Source: Raillietiella orientalis (lineage: Eukaryota). Taken from it: a stretch of 64,000 nucleotides of DNA. A program made the position numbers and the translations under genes. Shown piece after piece: positions 1 to 12,800 of this stretch. The stretch spans positions 4,774,001-4,838,000 of the forward strand of contig JAYWIR010000003.1 of NCBI GenBank assembly GCA_036172245.1. Direction: 5' to 3'. The notes beneath the pieces were generated by a model that saw only the letters and a list, made by a program, of their open reading frames with translations, ran no database searches and was not told where the DNA came from. Each line of letters begins with the position of its first letter. Position 1 is the stretch's first letter.

Positions 1-3000
1 ATAGTAAGAAATAAAGCTAAAGAGCATCTGCTCTTCACATGATGAAAGGTATATATTTCCAAGTGAACTATGAATAAGCAAAAGATCGACAATGTACGAT
101 CTTGAACTGCACACTCCTTAAACCTTACTGAACTGGACATTCCAATTTTATTTTAATTTAAATTCAAGACATCCTTAGTCTGATATTGGTTAAAATGAGT
201 TTGTCTTTTTCCAACCATACCAACCATAATTTAACCTCAAATATGGAACCCATTATCAGGGATAACAACAAGATGGAAAGACATTCTAACACTGAAAGAG
301 TTTCAATCATAGGATCTCACCACTTCCTGTATTCTTTGGACTTTTAAAAATCTTGAAAACAATATTGAAACCCTATGCAAAATAGTCGTACAGTACATCA
401 TAAAAAAGTATCAAAAAATTATGATGATAAACCAACTACTGTGATGCACAGCTACATGCTTATTGTATAAAAATTTTAAAATTTACAAAGAATTAAGCAA
501 TGTAATGAGTATAATGAGTACACACAGAACCACATGAATACTTCAATGCACTCCTTTGCATTGTGTTCTGTGTCAATATTCTTTGTAACTGATAGAACAT
601 AACAGCAGTAAATAAATGTACAAATCTCCAAGTTCAGCAAGGATACTGAATTCAATTTCACAGTTAAGGCCATTAATAAAAACATAACCAAATAACTTAA
701 AACCTAATAAATGAATTAATTGGATTCCAATCAAACACTGACTGGAATTGACTGTTTTCACCAATTTGATTTCAACACAACAAAGCTTGATTGTGTGTGG
801 TTGGAAATTTATGAATACTTTAAAGCTGAAAGATTCTGATTTTCTTATATGTTACTTTAACTTTTGTACATACACGTTTAGTTCCCTACACTAACACATT
901 AACAACTGTTCCTCTTGTGGAAACTCCAGGATTTTTCAAATTACAGTGACATCAACACCACATCTGCACCAATACAGAGGATGGATTGGACTTAGATTCA
1001 CTAATGTTACGAAGTTACAAAAAGTAACGAAGAATTCAGTAAAGTTATAATTGAAAACTATAATAATTAGCTTAAAACTTGGAAATTTAGTAGTCAGTAA
1101 CATGTCTGTATTGTTTCCTGTCGAAAATGTACAGTTATATGGTGCAAATTAATTTTTTTGAATAATCCATTTTTTAATCAAAGTAACAATAACACGAAAC
1201 TTGCAAACTGCACTTATTGATTGTGCAAAAGCAAATCTTATTCCAACATATTAAAAATTATCTTTTCAGTTACTGATTTCTCTTACAATGATTACTCTGG
1301 TGTTTGGGAATATCTTACACATATTCTTGTTATTGTTTTTACTTTGCATCAGCAGTTAAGAAAATCGAACCATGAGCAAAAAATCAATGTGTATGTGTCT
1401 TCAAGCAAATCTAATTTGCAAACTTAGCATTCTGCAAACAAAAAAAAATGAAAAGAAAATATGCAACTCCACAAAGGAGTTGTATAGCACTAAGCAGTTT
1501 TTCAAAGCTTCTGGCAATTCAACATGTGCACTAGATTTCCAAAATTACTATTGAGATACAGTGATACAATAGAAATGCAAAAGAAATTTTAAAGCAATCT
1601 TTTTGCACATCAATTAGCCAGTTCATAATCTTTAGCATAACTGACATCACTCAAATGAACTCCTAGTATGTTTTCAAGAACCCTGCACATGCTAACTAGA
1701 TACTGTTAAAGCCTGAAGCCAAGTGATATTCTAAAAAAACAAAAAACCAACACATCAAATACATAAATAGCTTGCAGTCAATGCTAAGACTGATACTGAT
1801 AAGTAAACTCAATTAAGCTGCACAAAATTATAACCAATTATGAAAGTAATACGACAAAAGCTTTGCATGTCTCCAATGCCCAAGCAACTCTTGAACACAT
1901 TTTGAAAACAATCTATTACGAAAACTTCTCATAAGCTAACAAATTTAGCATTCATGAAACTTATGCATCGAAAAATTCGCAACTTCCACAGAAGCAAATG
2001 AGCAGCTGATAACCATCTGAACTCTTGAACCTATGTCATATGAAACATGTTACTCACTGATTTGGAAACCCCTGATAAAATTCATGATTTCTTTACAAAT
2101 TGCAAGAAAGCATAAATTATACTAGTGAATTTCTTAAAACTACAAATGAGACAACAATACATGTAACGACATGTAACAATACATGTAATTGCTGGTGAAA
2201 ATGATGACTTTACAACCCATTATTGAGTAACTACGATAAATTGACAGCTGAATGGCTCAAGAAATCGAATTTTTTCAAGTTTAAATGTAAAATATCAAAG
2301 TACAAAGTGGAGTTCTTGTATACATTCCTATAATTGTCTTTAAAAACATAATTTCCTGTGAATAAATGTATAATTACATTTGTACATAGCCTTTGTTCTG
2401 CCAATCCATTAATTTTCAGTTTGCATGCAAACTGCAATGAACAAGGACAACGGAAAATTCTTATAAAAATACAAACTCTGTTTAGAAATGTACAATAAAT
2501 AAGAACTGCTGGCAATTTACAAATTAAACAAAAACAAGAAACTTAAACGCCAACATAGGATGAAATAAATAAACATAATTCTCTAATGTAGAAACAGCAA
2601 CACACACCCATCATTCACTAATGGGCACATTTCCCCTTTTTACGATTTTTGATATAACATGTTAAAAGCATCAACATAGTAGGCAGAATATTTTGTCTGT
2701 CCTCGTTTTTCATTTTTTTCATTGATTATTTTCATTTTCAACTCTCTACCTACCAAAAATTCTTTTCACACAAACAAAGAAATCAATTCTTCCAAGTTCA
2801 TCTACTTAACATTCAACATGAAATTTATGCACGAATACAAGTTTACTTTGAAATAACTACGATAACTTCCACTAATCCTCCTAGATAGTGTATAATGAAC
2901 TCTGCAAAAGTAGCTGCATTAAAAAACAGGGGAGTAGTCAGTGATTGCCAAAGTTTATGGATGCATAACCTAAACTCAACATCACATAATAATGGTCACA

Positions 3001-4490
3001 ATGATACAAAAAAGAAAAAGTGAACTGTTGGAAACAAAACAAATCCTCATTATCCACCTATGCTAAATGCTTCACTGGGAGGTTGTGGTTGAAACTTAAG
3101 TTATTTTTGTTCAAAAATGAAAATAATATAATTGTACTCTTGGTTAAGAAGTAATGAAACAGAGAAGGAAGATCAGCAATAGTATGCAAAAAATTAATTT
3201 TAACTTTTGATGAATAAATGGCAGTCTGATTTGCCATTCCCATTTCCACTTGGAAGTGCTCAAAATAGCAAGCATCAAGATTGAAAATAATTTGTTAAAA
3301 GAGCTCATGTTACACGAGCACAATAAATTATCCTTGCTCAAAAGAATTCAAAGGATTCTCAACTCTTGTGAATCATTAATTATGGCTTTGTGCTTATAAC
3401 TGCACTTGAATTCTTTAAAATCTCTTCTACCAAAAACATCCAGAAAACCTAAACATGGATCCAGTTAACATTTTGAATTGAAAGGTATGTTTTTTCCTTA
3501 TTTTCTCAGAAATAATTCAGTTCGACAACCAAGTTTAATTTCCTTCTCAGAATTTTTCTTTTTTTTTTCCCCCTATGAAATCATAAAGTTTCTATGCATC
3601 CATGTTTCCTGAATGATTCACAAAGATATTCAATACATTTTATTGAAAACTTCCATGAGGAAATGATATGAAAGCTGTATAAAATAAGAAAGTTTAATTC
3701 CTGTCCTACAAAACACCTAACACATACCCAAGCATAATAAAAATGACCCTTGTGCACCCTGCAGAATACCAAAACATTAACACTACGGGTCAAATAAATG
3801 AAGCATTTGCATGAACTGACAACTGTGAAACCAAACTATTTCAAGAGCAATGCAAAAATTTGTAAAATACGGAAAGAACACATATCATTAAGAAAGTCTG
3901 AATGCTAAATAAAAAAAAACAAAACTAAACTAAAAATGATCCCACAAACTAAAAGAAAATGAAACCAAATTCTCAGTTTTTAAACTAAACGAAAAACCAG
4001 ACATCTGAACAGTAAATAATCCATTAGGAGGTAACCAACAAGTATTCATTAGGCAAATCACAAGGAAAAGTGCTAAAGCTGAAGGCAGGAAACACAATTG
4101 CTAAGATACAAAAAAAAGCAGAAGAGTTGCAGCAAATCTACAGTAAGTAACCTATCAGTAAGTAAGTAACCTATAAAGCTTAGTTTTGCGAGCTTTACAC
4201 TGTACTAAGAACCGTTCAGAATTGTCCAATGCATTTTAACATTGCATTCACGGAATCGCTGAAACTTTCACTTTCGGGGATTTCATATCTTCGTAAATCT
4301 ACCATGCTTTTAATTTTCTGAAATATTTTTGCCCGGTAGTTATGAGATTAATAAACTTTCATTTAAGGTATAGTGCAGGGAATATCAGGGGGATGTTAAG
4401 GATTAAAAAATAAACACTTTGATGGATAAAAAGATTTATTACGTTAACTTTGCAAAATTTAAATTTTAGAACTCTTCAATGTATGATTAC

Positions 4491-4920
4491 CTACGCTGCA
4501 CAGACTCCTCATCAGAATTGGCTTCACTTGCATCGTCGTGCTAAAGTTAAAAAACAAACAATCAGTACATAAAAATCTCAAAAGCAAATTATTTTACAAT
4601 TTATTTTGCTAATTAACAAAATTCCAAAATTACAGCTTAGAATGCAAAAAAGGGTAAACCATACACAGATAAAAATTCACGAGTAAAAGCCCGAATTTTT
4701 TTAAAAAAATGAAAAAAGTCCGATCGTTTGGTTCGAGAGACTTGATCCAAGCAAAACAAAAAAAGGAAGTCTTTTTATTTATGCAACTCACGAAAACATT
4801 CAAAAGCGAAAGAAAAAACAAAACAGTTCATTTCAGAAAATGGGCTCAGAAATTGTGCTGAATCGGTACCTCGCTATTGCTTCCACTCAAATTGCTTAAT
4901 TCTGCTTCACTCTCACTCAT
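4491..4920 (-). CDS. First two coding exons of an unidentified minus-strand gene with an acidic/Ser-rich N-terminus; downstream exons not located
   Basis: Exon 4920-4870 (ATG...GAG|gtaccg) joins in phase 0 to exon 4540-4491 (ttaactttag|...|gtaatc), giving MSESEAELSNLSGSNSE|HDDASEANSDEESVQR. Bases 1-4490 look intronic (T-rich on the minus strand). Confidence 0.5.
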
Positions 4921-5817
4921 GCTGCCGATGGATGCACAAAGCGACTGCACGACACACTCCACTGAATCGATGATGCTGAATACTGTTGCGGCAACATTGC
5001 TTGGTACTTAAATAGCAATGCCACGTTATCAAGTGTCAAATTCAATACAAATCACATTTCATGATTTTCTATAAAATGTAGTTAATAAGATCGTTTCAAA
5101 AATTGTGGAATAGAGAAACTAATCTTAAAGACAGCCAATACATGAACAGTAATTTGAAATAAAGGAAACAAAGAGTCTCGTGAACAAAAGAATAACGTAC
5201 TAAAAATAAACCAAGATTGAGATAAATGAATATTGAGTAAATTGAATGCATCAGGAAGCATAACGTAATATCGGAAAATTTATCAAGAAAATAAATAAAT
5301 GATCGATGGGAGCAACAGAAAATGGTTTTCAGAAAACGGAGCCCTTCGTATGAACTTTCTGATTGTTCCTTGTGAATTTCTCGTGACGTCTGTTCTAACT
5401 GCCACTTAGGAAAATTCATTAGATGATGTGCAAGCAATTAAATCGATATCAATGAATACGATTTCTTGAAATTAGCCTTGTATTCATATTTGGACACATA
5501 TTTTTCTTTTTCATTTCTTGCGGATATTTCCAGCAGATTTTTTATCTCTTATCGTGTAAAATAGTACTTACGTAATGCTGTATTGTATATTGGTATGCCG
5601 TGGTGCCTATTGGGTAGAAAAGTTGTTCTAACTGCAAATTCTTTTCAACATTATTACAGTTTTACTTTCATCATCATAAAACCTTTCTTCTTTGTTCCTT
5701 CCCAGATCATGATAATCATGATAAACACAGAATGTACTTGAATTGGAGGATAAAAAACATTTATTAAATCAGCAGGGTAAATAGTTGTTCAAAGTAATTT
5801 TTCTCTTTAAAAGTACT

Positions 5818-6869
5818 TCAGTGAAATAACTGATTAATACTAATGATGAAATCTGAAGACGTTTTTTTTGATATTTTGATTATTAGATGATAATTCGGAT
5901 TAGTGTTTAACAGAGATCCAGTAAACAAGTATTTCTTCTGGAATTTTGGAATTGTAGCCTATTTGGTCTCACACTGATGGATTTTCATTTAAATTCGGAA
6001 CTTACGAAAACATGATATAAACCTTTGGTTTTTACAAATCTGAATCTGCCAACTCTACCAGCAAGAGTAAACTTCTGTGGAGAATCCGTCTTTGATTTCA
6101 GTTCATGCTTTATTTTCCAATCTTCATACGATCTAAGTTTATGAAAATAATGTCGATATTGTTCATATAAATCCTCACAAATAACATTTACAAGTGTGTG
6201 TGTATCATGTGGTGTATTTATTAATGACCTCTTTTATCTAAACCGTTCGGGAATGCATGACCAAAATAAAGGAAGGCGTTTTCCTCTATTTCTACCATCT
6301 TCTCGCCACGTTGAACCATGAAAGAATTCACTTGCATATCCGATACACAAGTAAAGGAAGCATAAGGGAAATGAACTAGGTTTGGTTGAAATTCAAAGAA
6401 TAAAGTAATCTCCAACATTTAACCGGATATTGTTTTCCAGAATGGAATTTTTGCAAAGAGCAGTTGTAAAATACTTATTCTGTTAACGATCAGCGACCAA
6501 GAGGCAAATGGTTGGGGGAAAAAAAAATCGGGTGGAAAGACATTGCTTTCATATTGGCTACCTTATATTCGTTTCATTTTCGTTTTTCACTGCCTCGTGC
6601 TTTCGAAGATGGAACTTCAGGAGCCCATACAATGGAATGCTTTCTTGGTGACATGTATATGCATACCTACTTCTCCATATCGCGTAGGGTTCTTCATGAT
6701 AATACATGGGGTATGCTGTTGGATTAGGTTTGCAGCATGGCGTACCCAAAAAGTCTTTCAAACGCGTGGAACGTAAAAAGGATTTTTGGACAGGTATTGC
6801 TCTACAATAGGTCTCAGGTGCAACTGGAATGTAGTAACGAGCGTTCACCGTTTCTAAACTGTGAAGCAT
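5818..6869 (-). CDS. Putative multi-exon gene of unknown function (~270 aa)
   Basis: The ORF from ATG 6869 can be spliced through short GT-AG introns (~47-80 bp) with consistent phases (NIR|ISILQLLFAKIPFWKTIS|VHFPYASF...EKM|RSLINTPH...YHVF|ATIPKFQKK...QLFH*). Long stop-free stretches are unlikely by chance in AT-rich DNA. No family recognised. Confidence 0.4.
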
Positions 6870-7416
6870 AGCAAATACTCTTTATTAAAGAGAGAAGGCA
6901 GTTTAGTTTGACCTTTCCTCCTTCGTTCTATTCTCCTTTTTTGGAGAGAGCATCAAAATTGCTATCATTTGTAGCTAGTAATACGGCAGTGTTGTAATAT
7001 GTCTGATGCATCTATGCCGAATTTTGCCAAAGCCAAATCGGTTGATAAATACTTGTGAAAAAAGTGCATTCGAGTTTCGTTTCTGGGTAACGTCGATGAT
7101 TGACGAATTTTATTCTAGTTTAATCGTGTGTCGGCAAATTTGATGCACAACTATTTGTGGTTTACAGAAGTGCATGCCAAACGGGAATATTCCAAGCAAT
7201 TTGATGGTATGCCGTGTGGGAAAATTGCGTCGTGCTCCCCCCCCCCATTCGAAAATCAAAAATGCCTGCCGCCAGAGAGCTTGAAGTACGATGTGCGACC
7301 GCACAAGAGTTTGTCGGATGCGGTATGCAGGCTTCGTACGTTGAAAAGAGAATGCATGTCCACGCCAATAGGTTTTTCATTTCCACAAACTAATTTGTTT
7401 TCCGGCCCCTACGTAT

Positions 7417-8272
7417 ATGGGATCCAGTATTTCATACTGCCAGAAGGCTGCTGCTTCAGAAAAATTGCAAAAACCCAAAAAAGGATGCAGAAAAACGTTC
7501 AGTGAAAATGGAGATGTGTTTCAGAGTAAAATCTTTTTACCAGAGAATAAGCTGTCGGTTTTGAGTACGGGTTTTGACGCTGATGAGGAAAAATCTGAAC
7601 TCGTGTATGTTTATTTGAGGAAAGGGTTTGTATCTGAAATTTTTTTGTTGGTTTGTTTTCGTTTGTTATTCTTTTGTGGAATGACGTTTCTGGCAAAGAA
7701 TAAAGCGTTGTTTACTTGCGAAAACCAAGCCTAAACATCTAATTCTCAAAAATACAATTCCGCAGCCATTACAAAGTTTTGCATTTTTGCTAGAATTTCT
7801 GATGCATAAACTGGCACCCAGTTTCAGTTAGCATGTGAATATAAATAAGTCTCTTATGTGTGAGTGTTAATCTTTCATACTGTTCTGTATTGGTTGTTTG
7901 TAAGTTTACCAAATTCTTGCAAATGCGTGAATTTATAAGAGTCTCTCCACATCACCCCTGTATAGATCTATGTATTTTGATGAAGACGGAGATCTTGCCC
8001 ATGAATTCTATGTTGAAGAAACATCTTCAACAGCAAAGCCAACTATGAGACAGATCCATGAAAATATTTATCCTCAGGTACCCTGTCAAAACCAGATTTG
8101 TTAATCAAGTCTACTTTAAAAGATTAAGATATATTTAAACATTAGGAAATATAAATTAATGTGTAATATTGCGGAGTATAATCTTGATATACTCAATGTA
8201 TACTTTTAGGGTGAAGTGCCTTATCCTCATCCTAGAATCCATAGCAGTTGTTCTGTAATTTTACAAGAATAA
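7417..8272 (+). CDS. TUSC2: Tumor suppressor candidate 2 (TUSC2/FUS1) homologue, 3 exons, 103 aa
   Basis: Exons 7417-7553, 7966-8077 and 8210-8272 with consistent phases. The product has an MGSSIS myristoylation-type N-terminus, the TUSC2 signature SMYFDEDGDLAHEFY, and C-terminal PQGEVPYPHPRIHSSCSVILQE. Confidence 0.9.
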
Positions 8273-8285
8273 TGACAGATCTATT

Positions 8286-9045
8286 TTATATATTGGGACA
8301 ATTACAGACATCTGCAAATGTTGTGGAGCTGTTGTTGCTACTGTCTAAGAGTGCTTGCAGCTTACTCCTCCTCATTTTATATTTCTTCTGTATTGCTTGT
8401 TGGTGCTCAAATTCTTCAGCATCCAGAATACGGAGAAAGTTGTTGAGTTCTGGAATACTGAATTCTTCCCACTGCAAAGCTATTTTTTATTTTGAGTTTG
8501 AGGAACAGCAGAATCTTACTTGGATCTCTTGTATCTCAATTTCCTGCAGCATCAGATCCCATTCTGCACTGCTGGATGGGTTTTTGTCTTTTTTCAATAA
8601 AAAAGGCTTCTCTAAGTCACCCAGTCGTCGCAGACATGCTGCAGATGTCAAGATTGTGTTTGCAGTCTTGTCTCCCATTACTCACTTTGACCGGAATCAT
8701 GCCCCTGCTTCTCATAAACGGCAAATTTCTCAGGACCGTCTACCATGTGAAACTTGTGCAAGATGGCTGTAATCATTTGCTTTACTGTTGTTTCCCTGAA
8801 GTAGGAATCAGAGTTGTTATTGTGCAATTGTTCACTTACGTTGCCACATAAACAGAACGGATTGTATCTGGTGGCAGATGAAAACTAATAGATTCATTGA
8901 ATATGGACTCCTCTTGCGAGATGATGTTACAGTAGAACAGTGGTTTTATTTCCGAGTTGATGTGAATTGCATGGAGAAGATTCAGATATACACGAATTAT
9001 TCTTTGTACAGGTGGCATGTTTCTTGTATTGTATAGCTGGGACAC
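8286..9045 (-). CDS. RASSF: RASSF1/3/5-type Ras-association (RA) plus SARAH domain protein; 5' exon(s) unresolved
   Basis: Exons 9045-8840, 8795-8686, 8638-8520 and 8471-8286, with 44, 47 and 48 bp GT-AG introns and consistent phases. RA-like segment SFHLPPDTIRSVYV...AILHKFHMVDGPEKFAVYE; SARAH segment WEEFSIPELNNFLRILDAEE. Confidence 0.85.
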
Positions 9046-9333
9046 CTGCAGTACGATGAAATATTTGATTAGGTGTGAGCATGGAGTGCAATGCCAGAAA
9101 CACTAAACTAACCCAAAGAAGAGACTTTGCGCAAAAGCTGCATGAATGTCAAGCAAATCTAAAAGTGCAAGGTCCTCCGCAACGTTAACTGTTTCTGCAT
9201 AACCGCCAGGCATGCAGGCGAATTAATTGAAAGCACACCTTTATATCAAGGTGTTAAGGAATAGGCCATTCTTCGGGTAACAAGAATCAAATCTTTCCTT
9301 TCGGCCGCCGGTTTTGTTCGTTTTTTTTTTTTT

Positions 9334-9339
9334 TTTATT
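9334..9339 (-). promoter_or_regulatory. Candidate polyadenylation signal (AATAAA) at the AT/GC domain boundary
   Basis: The plus strand reads tttatt. It lies just past the end of the minus-strand ORF 9341-9874 and upstream of the RASSF exons. Confidence 0.35.
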
Positions 9340-9870
9340 ATTATTTTCTAAACGAACCGCTCCATACACCACTTTTTATGCTTTTCTCTTTCGCGCGCGC
9401 GCAGGAGTCGGTGGTGTGTTCCTGTTCTTCCAGGCTCACCCCGTGCAACACGCACGTTTCGCCCAACATCCAGCCAGGATTTACGTGTTCTTCGTTGCCC
9501 GGGGGGCGGTGGAACTTTTCCTCCCAGAGTGCATCCTCGGTTGCTAGGTCGCGCGCGCGCTTCCTCTTTGACCTGGCTCCGCCAGCAACGCATGCCGCCG
9601 GGGGTTGCAGCGGGTGATGGGGAGACTTCCGTGGAGGCGCACGAAGAAACGGAACGGGACGTTTTTTCAAACATCTTTCGGGATGTGTCGTTTGAAAACA
9701 GCATCGGCAGATGACTGTGGCGCGTTTCGATATTGCCAGGGTGGGGGAGGGGTGTGGTTTTCCTCCACGCGGAGTCAACTGGCTGGGAAGAGTTGCCAAA
9801 ACGTCACAAGTCTTCGCGCAGGACCACGGCAGCCGCACATTTTCGAGTAACCGCCGAAGCATCATCATCA

Positions 9871-12800
9871 TCATTCCCAGAAACTGATCGCAACTAATTG
9901 CGCTGATTCAAGCGTAGAACACCTCTTCGATGGTGTGCTTCCCGCGAGGGCATTCCTGGGGACACCACACCGTCGTCGCCTATTCGTCATGCTTCTTGTT
10001 TCCGTGCAATCACATGCGTGCCCAACGCCGGCATGCAGCGCCTCACTCCAGTCGTAATGAAGAACAGCGGAATGCATGCGTGACAAACACCATGTTTATT
10101 AAAAAAAAAAAAAAAAGGAAAGACATTCAGGGTCACTTTCAACTTTAGAAGCACACTCCGAAGAACTTCAAAACGAGGAACAGGTTTCTTGATCACACAC
10201 CAAGCAACGACACTTCATATTTGGAGGCATACGGATTCTTACCCAGCGCCTGATCTGAATCCTGAAAAGGAAGGCAGACGGCTGGTTGCACGTGGTTTCG
10301 TGCCACGGCACGCGGGAACCACGCGAGAGTTTCCTGCAGCACGGCACGTCCGGGTGGGAACGCACCCAACGCCTGGGATGCGAGCACGGAGAGCAGCCAC
10401 GCTGCCGTCAAGCACCTTCACAAAATGAACGGAAACTTCGGAGAGCATCCGAGGCGAAGAGTGAAACCGCAAATCTTAGTGGACCACCAGCTTCCGCGAT
10501 GTTCTCCTGGTCGAGACAGTCGAAAGCCTGTTAGCACCGGAGACACGTCTCCGTATCCTCGCAGGTCTCCTCGGGAGTTCGGCTCTCCTCCCCAACCCCA
10601 ATCACAGCAACAGCACCACAAGCACCGTTTGCAGCTCTTTTCGCGGAAAGCTGAGTAGACGCGAGATGCACGGTGGTGCTGAAGGCGCCGCCGCTGAAGC
10701 TGCTGCGAGCAGGCGCTTCAGAACCAGAGAGACGGTTCTTCATCGGTCAGCAGTGCTTCCAGCCGTTTCGACGTTCACGCCGGCCTCTCCAGCTTGCCCT
10801 TCGTTCGAGGATGGGGGCAACGGTACGGTTGCTGCTCCACAGAAATCCCGATTCATCGGGCCCTGGCCACAGCACCACAAATGGTGCTGCTCGCTGTACA
10901 CCATATCCACAGGACATTCTGTCCCCCTTCTCTCTGAGAACACGCACGGGCCTGTGTCCGGCTTTCCGACGTGTTCGGGGATTGAACGATCCCCGGAAGA
11001 AGTTGGAGCATTCCTTGAAGCACCGAGCATTCCCGCTTGCTTGCATCGACTGTCCTGCTTTCCCCAGTCCCTATCTTCGCTACGCAGCTGCTTCCTCTCC
11101 GACGCTGTCCAGGAGAGTCTCTTGACTGTTCGTGGGGTCTCGGCTGCTTCCTGCTCGTCGCAATCCTGGAGTCAGCCAAGATCCACGGCAAGCTTGGAGG
11201 AGACTCCCGAGCGTCCTGTTTGGCACTTGTGACCCGCCTGCGTCTTCACCAATCGAAATTCCCGAACCGAAACGGTGAACGTATTTAGGTGGTTGGGGAT
11301 GATGTTCCCTTGACTCCTCGTCTGGTGCGGTACCTAGCTGACCTTGCTGTTTAACAGCAGGTGGGTGGTAGGGGCATGACACGTCGCAGCTCGGATCCCG
11401 CTGGAGATAAGTTGAGGAAGGTAGAGGGTTTGCTGGAGGAGCAAAAGGATGCCCGGCAGCCCGACTGCAAGACCACTTAACGAAGCGACCCGTCCCCGCC
11501 AAAGGAATTTCCTCGCCTGACTCATCTTCGACCGACATTACTCCAGCGACGCAGCGATAGAGGTCACCTGGTGCCAGGCGAAAAGTTTGTTCCCAAAGCA
11601 GACGCACGGAGGGGAGTGTCGTACCAGCCCGAAGAGGGATGGGAGCACTTTCACAAGCCTGCGACCGCTGGTCGAGCAGCGATGTTGCGTGGGGCGCCAC
11701 CGCACGACACAACGCTGGCGAGAACGAGCTAAGGAGTTCTATTCGTGCGATTTCTGCTTTTCCGGCCGCCGGGAGCTGCCGCAAGCACGATGATCCCAGG
11801 GGGACGAAGTCCGGCTTGACTGCTGCTGCTCTGCCCCGCTGGCAGATGCAGGCGGACTCGACTGAAGTCCCGCGCTAGGCGACGAGTTTGCACGGGTATT
11901 TTTAGAAGGAAGGAAGAAGGGAGGGAAGGGTGTTCGTTTCGCCCGGAGATCGGCGGCAAGGGGAACGAGTGAGGCTCACAGCAGTTTTTCGGTATCACAG
12001 AGGTTACACACGTGTGGCGCGTCACTCGAGACGACTCGTTCGCAATGCTCTGCGGCGCGGCGTGGCGCCACACCCGCCGCCACGCTTCCTTGCCAGTCGC
12101 CTCATCCGCGCAGGCGCTTGCCTCGGGCCCGGCTGTCGGGACGGTCGCTCCTTCCTCTCTCGCGCGGTGCAGAGCGCCGGGGCCATTGCGGGACTGGTCA
12201 GGGGCCGGCATTGTCTCCTCGGCGAGCACCCACCTCCACTCGAGGCGCAGAACTCCCCCTCACGACTTGCAGCGGACCCCCCCCCCCCCCAGTACCGCGC
12301 GCGCGCTCGAGCTCGCCGTCCGTCGTCGCACGTCCCGTGAACACGGGTTTCGCCGACGAGGGGACTGGGGGCACGGGTCACGGCCCGCGTGCGCGGGTGG
12401 GGTGGGGGCAGCAGGCCAACTGCCACGCCGGCGGGGGAAGGGGCGTCCCTAATGTCAGGCCGGCGGGGGAGAAACCCGTCGCGCCTGTCCCCTCGGGAGT
12501 GCGCCGAGAGAGAGGCCGCGGCGGCGCTGTCCGCGACGCGCGCGCGCCCTGACAGACGCTCGCGTGCGTGCGGACCGGCGGCGCCCGCGCCCGCTTGTCT
12601 GCCTGCGAGGGGAGGGACCGTCGGGGAAGGGTGCGGTTCGCCAGGAATGGGGAAAAGTCGCAGGGAAATAAAGTTGGGAAGAGGGAAGGGGGGAGAGCTG
12701 GTCAGGGAGGGTTGCGTGTGCACACCCGCTCAACTGCGGCAGGGAGAGAAAGGGGAAGGAAGAGGCGGGCGATGAGCGACAAAGGGATGCAGGCAGAGAA

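Noticed and set aside
2153..2188. Short direct repeats (acatgtaa x3; also cagtaagtaacctat at 4141-4175)
   Set aside because: Local slippage duplications without regular unique spacers; not CRISPR-like.
4230..4400. TTAA-flanked segment suggesting a piggyBac-type MITE
   Set aside because: The inverted match is only ~7 bp and there is no second copy in the window.
9050..9900. RASSF1A-type C1 zinc-finger exon upstream of the RA domain
   Set aside because: No HxF...CxxC...CxxC...H..C pattern found in the minus-strand frames examined; the RASSF N-terminus is left unassigned.
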